From a virus (lineage: Duplodnaviria > Caudoviricetes): a stretch of DNA of 64,000 bases. Below, one piece after another: positions 9,795-17,943 of this stretch. Every line of letters starts with the position of its first letter. Position 1 is the stretch's first letter. The translations under genes were made by a program, and so were the position numbers. The stretch spans positions 7,257 through 71,256 of the IMG/VR virus record IMGVR_UViG_3300009563_000549. One strand, given 5' to 3'. The notes under the pieces were generated by a model. It did no database searches and was not told the DNA's origin. It saw only the letters and a list, made by a program, of their open reading frames with translations.

Positions 9795-9941
9795 TCAAAG
9801 GGTCTCGGCAGCGGTATCAACTGCCTCTGCTGTGTCGGTCTCACCAGCTGCGCCGGCGGTATCAGTTGCAGTATCGTCCTTGTCACCGCAACCGGTGAGT
9901 GCAAGAGCGAGTACGATAAAAGGTGTTACAAACTTAACCAT
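9795..9941 (-). CDS. 48 aa lipoprotein (not in ORF track)
   Basis: MVKFVTPFIVLALALTGC-GDKDDTATDTAGAAGETDTAEAVDTAAETL*; lipobox LTGC; RBS GGAG. Confidence 0.75.
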   Translation of the reverse strand: MVKFVTPFIVLALALTGCGDKDDTATDTAGAAGETDTAEAVDTAAETL

Positions 9942-10016
9942 TTTGTTTTTCTCCGGAATGCCTCATCAATCGAGGACAATCAAATGTATTAAGTTTGTAG
10001 AGTTGTATAACTGAAT

Positions 10017-10409
10017 TTAGTCGGTCAAAATTTGCTGCTTTTTTCCGCCATCATAAGGAACAGCATGACCAAGTCTAACAAGCTCTTCATTGCAACAAAG
10101 ACCTTCTTGCGTGTAGATCGTTCCAAGCCACCTGCCATACTTGTCTTGACCAGATGATTTTAAAAACACCTTTTGACCTAAACACACTTCACGAAGCCAG
10201 TCTCTTGCAATTATTGCTTTTTCTTTTAGCTCTTTGTTTTTTGAACGAATTTCAGCTGTGTCTATTCCGTCAAGTCTAACTTTAACACCTGCGAGTTGAA
10301 TGCTGAATCCGAGATCTACGTTCACGGTAATAGTGTCACCGTCATAAACACTAATAACAGTTGCAAGATAAAAGTATCTTCTATCTTTAAGAACATCAAG
10401 ATCAGTCAT
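10017..10409 (-). CDS. Thermonuclease (SNase-like)
   Basis: VYDGDTI, KVRLDGIDTAE, DKYGRWLG, NEELVRLGHAVPYDGG. Confidence 0.92.
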   Translation of the reverse strand: MTDLDVLKDRRYFYLATVISVYDGDTITVNVDLGFSIQLAGVKVRLDGIDTAEIRSKNKELKEKAIIARDWLREVCLGQKVFLKSSGQDKYGRWLGTIYTQEGLCCNEELVRLGHAVPYDGGKKQQILTD

Positions 10410-11008
10410 TTTTTTGCCATACTGTAAAAAATCATTTCTCTAATGACAGATTTCAAAATTTTTGTTTTGCTTTCTTTTAAAGATGTAATTTCTTTCAATT
10501 TGCGCCAATGTTCTTTAGATACTCCGTTAGGAATTCCGCCTGAGACTTTTTCAATTGCGACAAGGGCGGCGGCATATTTTGCTTTTTGTTTTGGTCCTGG
10601 TGAATGAGACAAATTATGAAGCATGTCAGCAAGCTTCACTCTTAAAACACGAGGCTTCTTAACAAGACCAATAACGTAATCTGTGTAATCTTGGTCTTTA
10701 GAATGGGTAAGCGACTTGACCGAGCTAATTACTTCGGCTGAAATCGAAGGATTGCTTATCGACCCTCTAATAAATTCTTCCATCTCCTCAGCGCTTTTTA
10801 CAGTTTTGCCAGGAGCGTCTTCAATTGTGTCATGAAGAAGAGCAACAAGCTGCGAAATTTTGTCACCTGGGTAGTATTTTCTGATGATGTCTCGAACAGC
10901 TGACGGATGTGTAAAGTATTCTTCACCGCTTCTTCTTTTTTGGCCTACGTGAGCCATTTGAGCTGTGCTATACACATCTTCAAAATCTTGTGCTGTTATT
11001 TTCGGCAT
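10406..11008 (-). CDS. RelA/SpoT-type HD hydrolase (small alarmone hydrolase-like)
   Basis: AHVGQKRRSGEEYFTHP, ALLHDTIED, VKLADMLHN. Confidence 0.88.
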   Translation of the reverse strand: MPKITAQDFEDVYSTAQMAHVGQKRRSGEEYFTHPSAVRDIIRKYYPGDKISQLVALLHDTIEDAPGKTVKSAEEMEEFIRGSISNPSISAEVISSVKSLTHSKDQDYTDYVIGLVKKPRVLRVKLADMLHNLSHSPGPKQKAKYAAALVAIEKVSGGIPNGVSKEHWRKLKEITSLKESKTKILKSVIREMIFYSMAKK

Positions 11009-11093
11009 AAAAAAATCTCCATTCAAATAAGTATGAATGGAGACGAAAAAAATAAAAAATCACACCGTTTTCACCTATTTATTATAGAGGTGA

Positions 11094-11810
11094 ATGATGA
11101 GATCTTTACTTCCGATCTTGGTTTTCTTAGGGAGTGCAAAACAGCAAGACAGAGAGTCTATCGGCTACCTAACCGTTAGTGAACTCATTCTTTCATGTGA
11201 TGGAAACGAAATCACAAACTGTGATGCAAAAGTAATAGAAGCTTCTGGAACAGCTACAAGAATAGCTTGGCAAGGAGAATTTTATTGGCTAACTGCGGGT
11301 CACGTCTGTGCGCCAATTGCAACAGGAAAAGAAATGACAATTTCAAGAACTGTTAAAATTACTCCTCTTGGAAAGGACAGTGAATCTTCTGAAAAAATGG
11401 AAAAAGCTGTTTATAGAGAAGACATTGACATCTGTTTGATGAAAGCTTCACCTGGACCAGCAAGAATTTTAAGAGAACAACACACTCAATTTGGCGAAAA
11501 CATTCATACCTTTGCTTTTCCAACAGGAATTTATCACCCTGAAATGTACCCTTACTATGAAGGCACTTACAACGGAAAAATTGACAACACAACTTGCATA
11601 ACGAACATACCAGTTGCGCCAGGGTCGTCAGGAGCCTCTGTCCTAAATGAGCAAGGTCAAATCTTAGGAGTAATTACTTCAGTAAGTAATTCTTTCAACC
11701 ACCTTTCAATGTTTTCTTGTAATGACGCAACAGTCTGGTTTGTTTCAGAAGCTTCAAAAACTTTACAAAAGTCAAGTTCTTCGCCAGAGGAGCTCTACTA
11801 CATTCCCTGA
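11094..11810 (+). CDS. Secreted trypsin-like serine protease
   Basis: Signal peptide; triad LTAGHVC, DIDICL, PGSSGASV. Confidence 0.85.
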   Translation: MMRSLLPILVFLGSAKQQDRESIGYLTVSELILSCDGNEITNCDAKVIEASGTATRIAWQGEFYWLTAGHVCAPIATGKEMTISRTVKITPLGKDSESSEKMEKAVYREDIDICLMKASPGPARILREQHTQFGENIHTFAFPTGIYHPEMYPYYEGTYNGKIDNTTCITNIPVAPGSSGASVLNEQGQILGVITSVSNSFNHLSMFSCNDATVWFVSEASKTLQKSSSSPEELYYIP

Positions 11811-12095
11811 TGGGTCTTTTAGATACTTTGAAAGTGTTCCGTCTCTATGAGTTTTTACATCATCGGGAGGCTTACTTTCCTGCAAGAAAGCAATGTGGTT
11901 TGGATGTTGAGAAGGCGTTACAAGCGCAATTCTTGTCCCACATTTGGTTTTTAACGAAGCCCAAGTCGGATCGATGCTTTCAATTTCACATTCGAAATTT
12001 TTGCAATACCAATCAACGTCTCTAAAAATGTCGGTTGATTTAATGGCAACATGATCAAATTTCAAAGCCGCATTTCCTCCCACTCTCCGTCCCAA
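11772..12095 (-). CDS. VOC/glyoxalase family protein
   Basis: FDHVAI...HIAF...YLKDPSGNVVEL. Confidence 0.8.
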   Translation of the reverse strand: MGRRVGGNAALKFDHVAIKSTDIFRDVDWYCKNFECEIESIDPTWASLKTKCGTRIALVTPSQHPNHIAFLQESKPPDDVKTHRDGTLSKYLKDPSGNVVELLWRRT

Positions 12096-12409
12096 TTGGT
12101 AAAACGAACCCTCTTAACACCAGAAAGCTTCAAAAAATTTTGACAATGAATGCAAGGCTTTGCCATAGTAGGAGTTCCATCGCTTCTAAAGCGAGCAACG
12201 TTAATCTTTTCAGGAACAGACTTGCATCGCAAAATCAAACTTGCTTCTGCATGAAGCTCGTGGTGAACGTCAATTGAGTTTTTATAGCGCTTTTTGTACT
12301 TAGAACTACAACGAGTTGAATTTACTCCAATCTCCCCGTTCTTAGTGAAAGCAGCAAGATGAAACTCACCGCCATTTGTAAGAGCCATTTCCTTAGCCTT
12401 GTAATACAC
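12062..12409 (-). CDS. Zinc-dependent deaminase (CDA fold)
   Basis: LHAE...AKPCIHC. Confidence 0.8.
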   Translation of the reverse strand: MYYKAKEMALTNGGEFHLAAFTKNGEIGVNSTRCSSKYKKRYKNSIDVHHELHAEASLILRCKSVPEKINVARFRSDGTPTMAKPCIHCQNFLKLSGVKRVRFTNWDGEWEEMRL

Positions 12410-12501
12410 TCGGCATAATAGCCACTCCTGTGAATGATTTACTTACACTTCCATAATAATTACAATTCTTGGAATTGAACACCATTAAAGGAATGTTTTT
12501 T

Positions 12502-14013
12502 ATGAAAATCGTAAAATTTCTTATCAAGGAAATCTTGGCAGAAGATGCCTACAAGAAAAAAACTGGGTTTCGATTTAATGAAGATATCAAAGCTGTTGCA
12601 AATTCTGTAAATAAACCCGGCTACTTTCTTCATTTCTCAGACGTTCCTAAAATTGGAATAAATCCATCTTCTGGTTATTTTCCCGGTCTCTACATGTATC
12701 CAAACACTCAGGAAATTTATGATTTTATTTTTTCTGACATTGGTAATTTCGTAGGTGCAGGCCGCGGGGCTCGCTACGTTTATCTTGTAAAGTTAAACCC
12801 AAACGTAAAAATTCTTGAAGGTTACGAAAACATTAAGCGAATTGTTGGTCAAGCACGCGCAAAAATTATGAAACCTCTTTTTGACGCAGGAGTTGATGCA
12901 GGGCTGACCGTTGATAAAAAAAGTCTGCAACAAGCAGCTCTTATGTCAGTTGGTTCAATGTCAAAGTCAAATATTTCTTTTGAATTTCCTTCATTAGAAG
13001 AAATGAAGGAAAACGGCCTTTTTGACATAATCAATGAAAAAAATGAAAGATATAACAATCTTTACAAAAGACTGAACACAAAAAATTTAAAATCAAATGA
13101 CGACATCATTCAATGGAACAAAGAAATAAAAGAAGTCATTGAAGGTCTTTCTATGAATTATTACAAATACCAGCTACCAGTTCTTAAAGAATACGACAAA
13201 AAGTATCTTACCAAAAAAATAAAAGAAATTGAAAAAGAGTTTTCTGCAAATTTCTTTTCTCTTCAAACAGACGACAATCTTAAAAAGTTTGAAGATTTTC
13301 TAAAAACAAACAAGCTTCCGGAATCTTGGTTGCAGCTTAAATTTCCGTTCATTATTGCTAGATCACTAATTAATGATCACTTGCTTGTTGAAGAAGCAAA
13401 CAAGTATTCTCAACTTGAGACAAAACATACAATAAAAATGTTTTTGTTTTTGAACGATTTAATTAAGCATCCAAAAGATTTGACTGTTAAAAGTAAGGAA
13501 GGCAAATTCTCGACTATAGATTCAAAAACAATAGCAGAAAGATGCATCGACGAAGCAAAAAAAGTAGCAGGAAAATATTCAAATTTCTTAATGAAAGCAA
13601 TTAAAGACATTGATGATGTGGGCGTGAATATCGCTCTTTCAATATCAGGGTTTGATGGAATAAATGATACATCAACTCTTTCCAAAGAAACAATTGATGA
13701 CATTAGATCTTCAAAAGTAAAATCTGACCGCATAACCTATCGATCACGTGCATTTTTCGGAATGGGTGATGGCAAAATGGGAATTTTGGGAAAGTATGAA
13801 TCTCAACAGTTGTTTATTTTCCCTCCGCTTCAAAGAAAATTTAAAATTGTCACAATGATTGATAGGTTCGAAGGCGACAAAAAAGATCCACCCGGATCTG
13901 CTACGCCCGATGTTGATTGGGACAGACGCCCAGCTGCTCTAAAAAAGAGAATCTACAAAGATCCTGACAATTTTAAAAATAGAGAAAAAGTCGATCGCTG
14001 GAAGGTAGAATAA
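12502..14013 (+). CDS. Large protein, putative ADP-ribosyltransferase-like fold with helical insertion
   Basis: FLHFSDVPKIGINP...PGLYMYP at N-terminus; GFDG..D...YESQQLFIFP at C-terminus; N-terminal KFLIKEILAE helix. Confidence 0.45.
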   Translation: MKIVKFLIKEILAEDAYKKKTGFRFNEDIKAVANSVNKPGYFLHFSDVPKIGINPSSGYFPGLYMYPNTQEIYDFIFSDIGNFVGAGRGARYVYLVKLNPNVKILEGYENIKRIVGQARAKIMKPLFDAGVDAGLTVDKKSLQQAALMSVGSMSKSNISFEFPSLEEMKENGLFDIINEKNERYNNLYKRLNTKNLKSNDDIIQWNKEIKEVIEGLSMNYYKYQLPVLKEYDKKYLTKKIKEIEKEFSANFFSLQTDDNLKKFEDFLKTNKLPESWLQLKFPFIIARSLINDHLLVEEANKYSQLETKHTIKMFLFLNDLIKHPKDLTVKSKEGKFSTIDSKTIAERCIDEAKKVAGKYSNFLMKAIKDIDDVGVNIALSISGFDGINDTSTLSKETIDDIRSSKVKSDRITYRSRAFFGMGDGKMGILGKYESQQLFIFPPLQRKFKIVTMIDRFEGDKKDPPGSATPDVDWDRRPAALKKRIYKDPDNFKNREKVDRWKVE

Positions 14014-14047
14014 GAAAAGGCGCTGTAGAAATAATCTACAGCGCCTT
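14014..14047. terminator. Bidirectional terminator between ORF 12502 and the tRNA genes
   Basis: AAGGCGCTGTAGA-aataa-TCTACAGCGCCTT 13 bp stem. Confidence 0.8.
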
Positions 14048-14052
14048 CAAAA

Positions 14053-14127
14053 TGGTAGGGGTGCCGGGACTCGAACCCAGAAAAGCGGAGTCAAAGTCCG
14101 CGGTGTTGCCAATTACACTACACCCCA
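14053..14127 (-). tRNA. tRNA-Gln(UUG)
   Basis: Cloverleaf, anticodon arm GCGGA-ctTTGac-TCCGC, encoded CCA; U1:U72 mismatch. Confidence 0.92.
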
Positions 14128-14132
14128 GTGAA

Positions 14133-14207
14133 TGGTACTCCCAACGGGAATCGAACCCGTGTTACCGGAGTGAAAATCCGGGATCCTGACCATTAGACGA
14201 TGGGAGC
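14133..14207 (-). tRNA. tRNA-Glu(UUC)
   Basis: CCGGA-ttTTCac-TCCGG, encoded CCA. Confidence 0.93.
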
Positions 14208-14210
14208 AAA

Positions 14211-14342
14211 CTAGTCACAAGCAAAATTCATGATTCTTTCATCTTCTGGTGAATTACAATCGATCGACCATGCTGCAACTGCAAAAGCAGGAATAAGAGC
14301 AAGAATGATCAGAAAAATTGACCTGTCAAGAAAGTTTATCAT
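14211..14342 (-). CDS. 43 aa membrane/secreted peptide (not in ORF track)
   Basis: MINFLDRSIFLIILALIPAFAVAAWSIDCNSPEDERIMNFACD*; RBS GAGG. Confidence 0.5.
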   Translation of the reverse strand: MINFLDRSIFLIILALIPAFAVAAWSIDCNSPEDERIMNFACD

Positions 14343-14357
14343 GATTACCTCACTATT

Positions 14358-14693
14358 TTAGGATAGAGAAAGATCTTTGTTAATAGAGATTACGTAATTT
14401 TCTACTGTTAGAATTCCGTGACGAATCATAGACAAAATTTTTCGATTAACATTTTTGTAAGTTCCGTCGTCAAGCTTGACATAAGCTTTTTGATAAATGC
14501 TATAATTAATTTTTCCTGCATAAACCCAGACAGAGGGCTTTGCAAGCTTAAAAAGCATTTCTAATTTCACTTCACGAAGTGAAGTAGGTCGCAAATAGCC
14601 GCTTACAGAAGTAGCAAAGATAAACTTTTTGTTTTTCCAAGAGTTAAGTAGTTCAAGTAGTTCTTTCTGCTTCTTAGTCATTTTCTTCTCCAA
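14358..14693 (-). CDS. Hypothetical protein
   Basis: ORF track. Confidence 0.55.
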   Translation of the reverse strand: MEKKMTKKQKELLELLNSWKNKKFIFATSVSGYLRPTSLREVKLEMLFKLAKPSVWVYAGKINYSIYQKAYVKLDDGTYKNVNRKILSMIRHGILTVENYVISINKDLSLS

Positions 14694-15492
14694 TTTGTTT
14701 TAATGCAAGATCGTAGTTTTTTCCGTATTCTGACATATTCACTTTTCCAATAAAAATGATCATGTCTTCTTTTTGAATTCGCTTTGAATAAGCAAGTTTT
14801 TTAATCGAATCTAATGCTCCTGCAATATGGAATTCTTTAAAATCTGGGAACGCACCATTTGCAGCTTTTACAAGCCAATCAACAAAAGCATCTTTTGAAG
14901 ACTCTTCAAAATCTTCAAGACCTTTAAAGTTGAAGTATTTAAAAAGACGATTGCCTAGAAACGGAGACTTTGTAGAGTTAATCCTGATCAACTTTTTGTC
15001 TTCAAGACGATGAAAGTCTTCGTTAAAGAAAACACTTTCACCATCAAAAGCAACCTGTGAATTAACCAAATCAAAATTCTGAAGAGTCTGCTCGATTGTA
15101 GGAAAGATTAGCTCTGGTGCATTCACAATTTGCACCACAAAACGAGAAAAATCAGCACCGACTGCGTTGCGGTAGTCTGTTACATTTGTTGCAAACTTCC
15201 CAAGACTTGGGGAGATACGAAAATCAGAACTAGAAGCAATAGTGTCTTCTGCACGATTAGCATCTTCTTTAGATCGGAAGAAGAAGTCAACATCACCGCG
15301 AGGCTCAGAAACGTTCGGAGAAAAATAGTTTTTGAGAGAATCGCCTCTTAAAAGGGCTCGAGCAAATCCGCCTGCAATAAATCCGTTGTTGTTAAAGCAA
15401 GCTTGAATTGATTCATTTTTCATAAACTCAAGAAAAAAGGAAGAGTTTGAAAAACTAGTTACAGACTTGGCAGGTACCTTTACAAATGTCAT
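14674..15492 (-). CDS. Nucleotidyltransferase (CCA/polyA-polymerase head-like)
   Basis: IAGGFARALL...RGDVDFFF; VVQIV; NFDLVNSQVAF. Confidence 0.7.
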   Translation of the reverse strand: MTFVKVPAKSVTSFSNSSFFLEFMKNESIQACFNNNGFIAGGFARALLRGDSLKNYFSPNVSEPRGDVDFFFRSKEDANRAEDTIASSSDFRISPSLGKFATNVTDYRNAVGADFSRFVVQIVNAPELIFPTIEQTLQNFDLVNSQVAFDGESVFFNEDFHRLEDKKLIRINSTKSPFLGNRLFKYFNFKGLEDFEESSKDAFVDWLVKAANGAFPDFKEFHIAGALDSIKKLAYSKRIQKEDMIIFIGKVNMSEYGKNYDLALKQIGEEND

Positions 15493-15503
15493 TTTTGTCT
15501 CGG

Positions 15504-15791
15504 TTAGTTGTTGGTAACTACAGGGATATAAACACAAGACATTGTTCTTGGGCTTCTTTCACGTGGAATCACGTAACACTCTACGTTTTCACGCGGGGAA
15601 AATTTTTCAACCCTTTCCGCATAGTATTCCTGATTTGCTACCTCGCGCTGTTTCTTTTTCGTCTCTTCCAACTCTTCTTTTTCCTGAGACGTAAGAACAT
15701 CGCTTGGGTTTTCTTTACAAGAGATTAATGCAATACAAGAGATTGATGCAAGAAAATGTAGAAAAAATACTGTAAGAATTGAATTTTTCAT
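15504..15791 (-). CDS. Putative lipoprotein
   Basis: Hydrophobic leader ending ALISC. Confidence 0.6.
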   Translation of the reverse strand: MKNSILTVFFLHFLASISCIALISCKENPSDVLTSQEKEELEETKKKQREVANQEYYAERVEKFSPRENVECYVIPRERSPRTMSCVYIPVVTNN

Positions 15792-15815
15792 TATTTTTGT
15801 CTCCTGCAAGGAATT

Positions 15816-16133
15816 TTAGCTGTCAAACACGCCACAACTGCAGCGGTGCCAATCTTCCCACCAGCCGCAATTGTTTTTATGTCTTTTCTTCTTGATTGCT
15901 TCGAGATCATTTTTCAAATGAGAATGAAAAGTGTCCTCATCGTCATCATCACTAAGAAGCCAATCGATCCTATGAACATATGCGAATGCTTCTTCCAAAA
16001 GGACTACTGCTTTCTTCATCTCCTCAAGAGTTTCAGGAGTGTAATCCTCTCGTTTGTCCCGTAGAACATGAGAGATCTGTTCAGCAATGTCTTCCATAAA
16101 GAATTGTTTGTACTCAAACTTCCCACCAGACAT
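15816..16133 (-). CDS. Hypothetical protein
   Basis: MSGGKFEYKQ...HRIDWLLSDDD. Confidence 0.6.
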   Translation of the reverse strand: MSGGKFEYKQFFMEDIAEQISHVLRDKREDYTPETLEEMKKAVVLLEEAFAYVHRIDWLLSDDDDEDTFHSHLKNDLEAIKKKRHKNNCGWWEDWHRCSCGVFDS

Positions 16134-16171
16134 TTTAGCTCCAGACAATAGCAAGTTTTTGTAATGAAAAG

Positions 16172-16255
16172 TGCCTTAGGCGGGACTCGAACCCGCACTC
16201 CTTTGAAGAAACCAGATTTTGAGTCTGGGGTGTCTACCAATTCCACCACTAAGGC
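16172..16255 (-). tRNA. tRNA-Leu(CAA)
   Basis: CCAGA-ctCAAaa-TCTGG, long variable arm, A73. Confidence 0.92.
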
Positions 16256-16265
16256 ATTACAAAAG

Positions 16266-16296
16266 TTTTTAATTCGGTTTGCAAAGCGTGTAAAGG
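16266..16296 (-). promoter_or_regulatory. Promoter upstream of tRNA-Leu
   Basis: TTTACA-cgctttgcaaACCGAAT-TAAAAA (17 nt spacer). Confidence 0.6.
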
Positions 16297-16320
16297 AACT
16301 TACTTGTTTTTGTAATAAAG

Positions 16321-16392
16321 TAGGACGCCCGGGATTCGAACCCGGAACCGAAGGATTAAGAGTCCTTTGCTCTGCCGTTGAGCTAGCGTCCT
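16321..16392 (-). tRNA. tRNA-Lys(CUU)
   Basis: AAGGA-ctCTTaa-TCCTT. Confidence 0.92.
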
Positions 16393-16395
16393 GTA

Positions 16396-16470
16396 TGGTG
16401 CCAAAAGAAGGATTCGAACCTACAACTACTCGCGTATGATACGAGTGCTCTACCGTTGAGCTATTTTGGC
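16396..16470 (-). tRNA. tRNA-CAU (elongator Met or Ile2)
   Basis: CTCGT-atCATac-GCGAG, encoded CCA; atypical A32/C38. Confidence 0.85.
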
Positions 16471-16476
16471 AAAAAG

Positions 16477-16549
16477 TCTGAGTAGCAGGACTCGAACCTG
16501 CGGCCTCCTGATCCCAAATCAGGCGCTCTACCAACTGAGCTACACCCAG
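16477..16549 (-). tRNA. tRNA-Pro(UGG)
   Basis: CCTGA-ttTGGga-TCAGG, C1:G72, A73. Confidence 0.92.
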
Positions 16550-16560
16550 AAATCAAAAAG

Positions 16561-16649
16561 TAGGAGAGGTGGGATTCGAACCCACAGTGTTTACCCGGAG
16601 GGAACGGATTTACAGTCCGTCGCTAGACCACCACCCTAGCAGCTCTCCT
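16561..16649 (-). tRNA. tRNA-Tyr(GUA)
   Basis: ACGGA-ctGTAaa-TCCGT, long variable arm. Confidence 0.9.
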
Positions 16650-16661
16650 AAAATTTTAAAG

Positions 16662-16733
16662 TGGGTTGCGTGGGATTCGAACCCACAACCGACGGATTAA
16701 AAGTCCGATGCTCTACCGTTGAGCTAGCAACCC
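16662..16733 (-). tRNA. tRNA-Lys(UUU)
   Basis: Anticodon loop ctTTTaa, standard D and T arms. Confidence 0.92.
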
Positions 16734-16741
16734 AAAAAAAG

Positions 16742-16815
16742 TCTCCCCACCAGGATTCGAACCTGGGACCTGCGGCTTAGAAGGCCGATGCTCTGTCCAG
16801 CTGAGCTATGGAGAG
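16742..16815 (-). tRNA. tRNA-Arg(UCU)
   Basis: Anticodon loop ctTCTaa. Confidence 0.92.
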
Positions 16816-16820
16816 AAAAG

Positions 16821-16894
16821 TAGGACGGGTGGGGGTTGAACCCACGTATCTTCAGGATATAAGCCTGACGCCTTCACCACTTGGCTACCGTCCT
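16821..16894 (-). tRNA. tRNA-Ile(UAU)
   Basis: TCAGG-ctTATat-CCTGA; acceptor AGGACGG/CCGTCCT, A73. Confidence 0.88.
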
Positions 16895-16925
16895 ACAAGG
16901 TAGATGTTGTTATCTTATCAAGATG

Positions 16926-17240
16926 TTAGAGATTGTTCAACTTTTCGATTAAATTTAAAACGCCTTTTTCTGAGGAACCAACCTGACTGTCAATAAGCAC
17001 TCCGTTGTGATAAGCTAAAACAGTTGGAATAGATAAAACATTCATTGAACGTGCAAATTCACTAGAATTTTCTATATCAACATAAGCAAATTGAATGTTA
17101 GCGTTAAGAGACGAAAAATTCTCCATCTTTGGTTTTAACATTTTGCAAGGACCGCACCACTCAGCTCCAAGCTGGAGGATGAGCTTTTGTGAAGTGCCAA
17201 TTTTGGCGGTTACTTCTGACGAAGATGCAATTTCTAACAT
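16926..17240 (-). CDS. trxA: Thioredoxin
   Basis: WCGPC, VLSIPT. Confidence 0.92.
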   Translation of the reverse strand: MLEIASSSEVTAKIGTSQKLILQLGAEWCGPCKMLKPKMENFSSLNANIQFAYVDIENSSEFARSMNVLSIPTVLAYHNGVLIDSQVGSSEKGVLNLIEKLNNL

Positions 17241-17276
17241 TTTAGATCCTGTTATACGTTTTTTATGATGAGAAAA

Positions 17277-17352
17277 TGGCGACGACAGCAGGACTCGAAC
17301 CTGCGACCAACGGATTAACAGTCCATCGCTCTACCAACTGAGCTATGTCGTC
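17277..17352 (-). tRNA. tRNA-Asn(GUU)
   Basis: Loop ctGTTaa, encoded CCA. Confidence 0.93.
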
Positions 17353-17356
17353 AAAT

Positions 17357-17431
17357 TGGAGCGGGAGACGGGACTCGAACCCGCAACAGTCAGCTTGGAA
17401 GGCTGAAGCTCTACCATTGAGCTACTCCCGC
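17357..17431 (-). tRNA. tRNA-Gly(UCC)
   Basis: TCAGC-ctTCCaa-GCTGA, U73, encoded CCA. Confidence 0.93.
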
Positions 17432-17444
17432 ATAGTAATAAAAG

Positions 17445-17529
17445 AGGAAGCGGAGGGATTCGAACCCTCGGAGCCTTTCGACTCGGCGGTTTTCAAGACC
17501 GCTGCCTTAAACCACTCGGCCACGCTTCC
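17445..17529 (-). tRNA. tRNA-Ser(UGA)
   Basis: GCGGT-ctTGAaa-ACCGC, long variable arm. Confidence 0.92.
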
Positions 17530-17532
17530 AAA

Positions 17533-17621
17533 TGGAGCCCGGAGTGGGATTCGAACCCACGATGCGGTATTACCCAACCGCCTTACAAGAGCGGTGCCTT
17601 CGACCTCTGGGCAATCCGGGC
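17533..17621 (-). tRNA. tRNA-Thr(UGU) with atypical long variable arm
   Basis: Acceptor GCCCGGA/TCCGGGC, U73, CCA; CCGCT-ctTGTaa-GGCGG; ~17 nt variable region; class II-type D arm. Confidence 0.85.
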
Positions 17622-17699
17622 AAATCAAGTGTTTTTTGTTTTTCCTTCCTGATTACTTGATGAATATAACCTGTTCTGCGAAAATGAACACCTAAATCT

Positions 17700-17909
17700 T
17701 CAATTATTTTGAACTTTTTTTATCCAAACAACTTTTTCTTTTTCATCTGTTATCCACAGATACGGGTCCCATTTGTCGACAGACACCCAGTTTAGCTTTT
17801 TTAGCTTTGAACCAGCTTGGATAATGAATCCGGGCGAATCTACATCAGGATAGTGAAACCTGTAGTGTCCTAAGATTGAATTTTTTGCAAGAATTGGCTT
17901 TGCAGTCAT
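17700..17909 (-). CDS. Hypothetical protein
   Basis: ORF track; RBS GGAGG. Confidence 0.55.
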   Translation of the reverse strand: MTAKPILAKNSILGHYRFHYPDVDSPGFIIQAGSKLKKLNWVSVDKWDPYLWITDEKEKVVWIKKVQNN

Positions 17910-17943
17910 TATCGACCCTCCTTCATAACATTAGGAATAGAGA

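Noticed and set aside
16016-17695. ORFs 16016-16534, 16164-16439, 17345-17695 and 17422-17628
   Set aside because: Spurious translations across tRNA genes.
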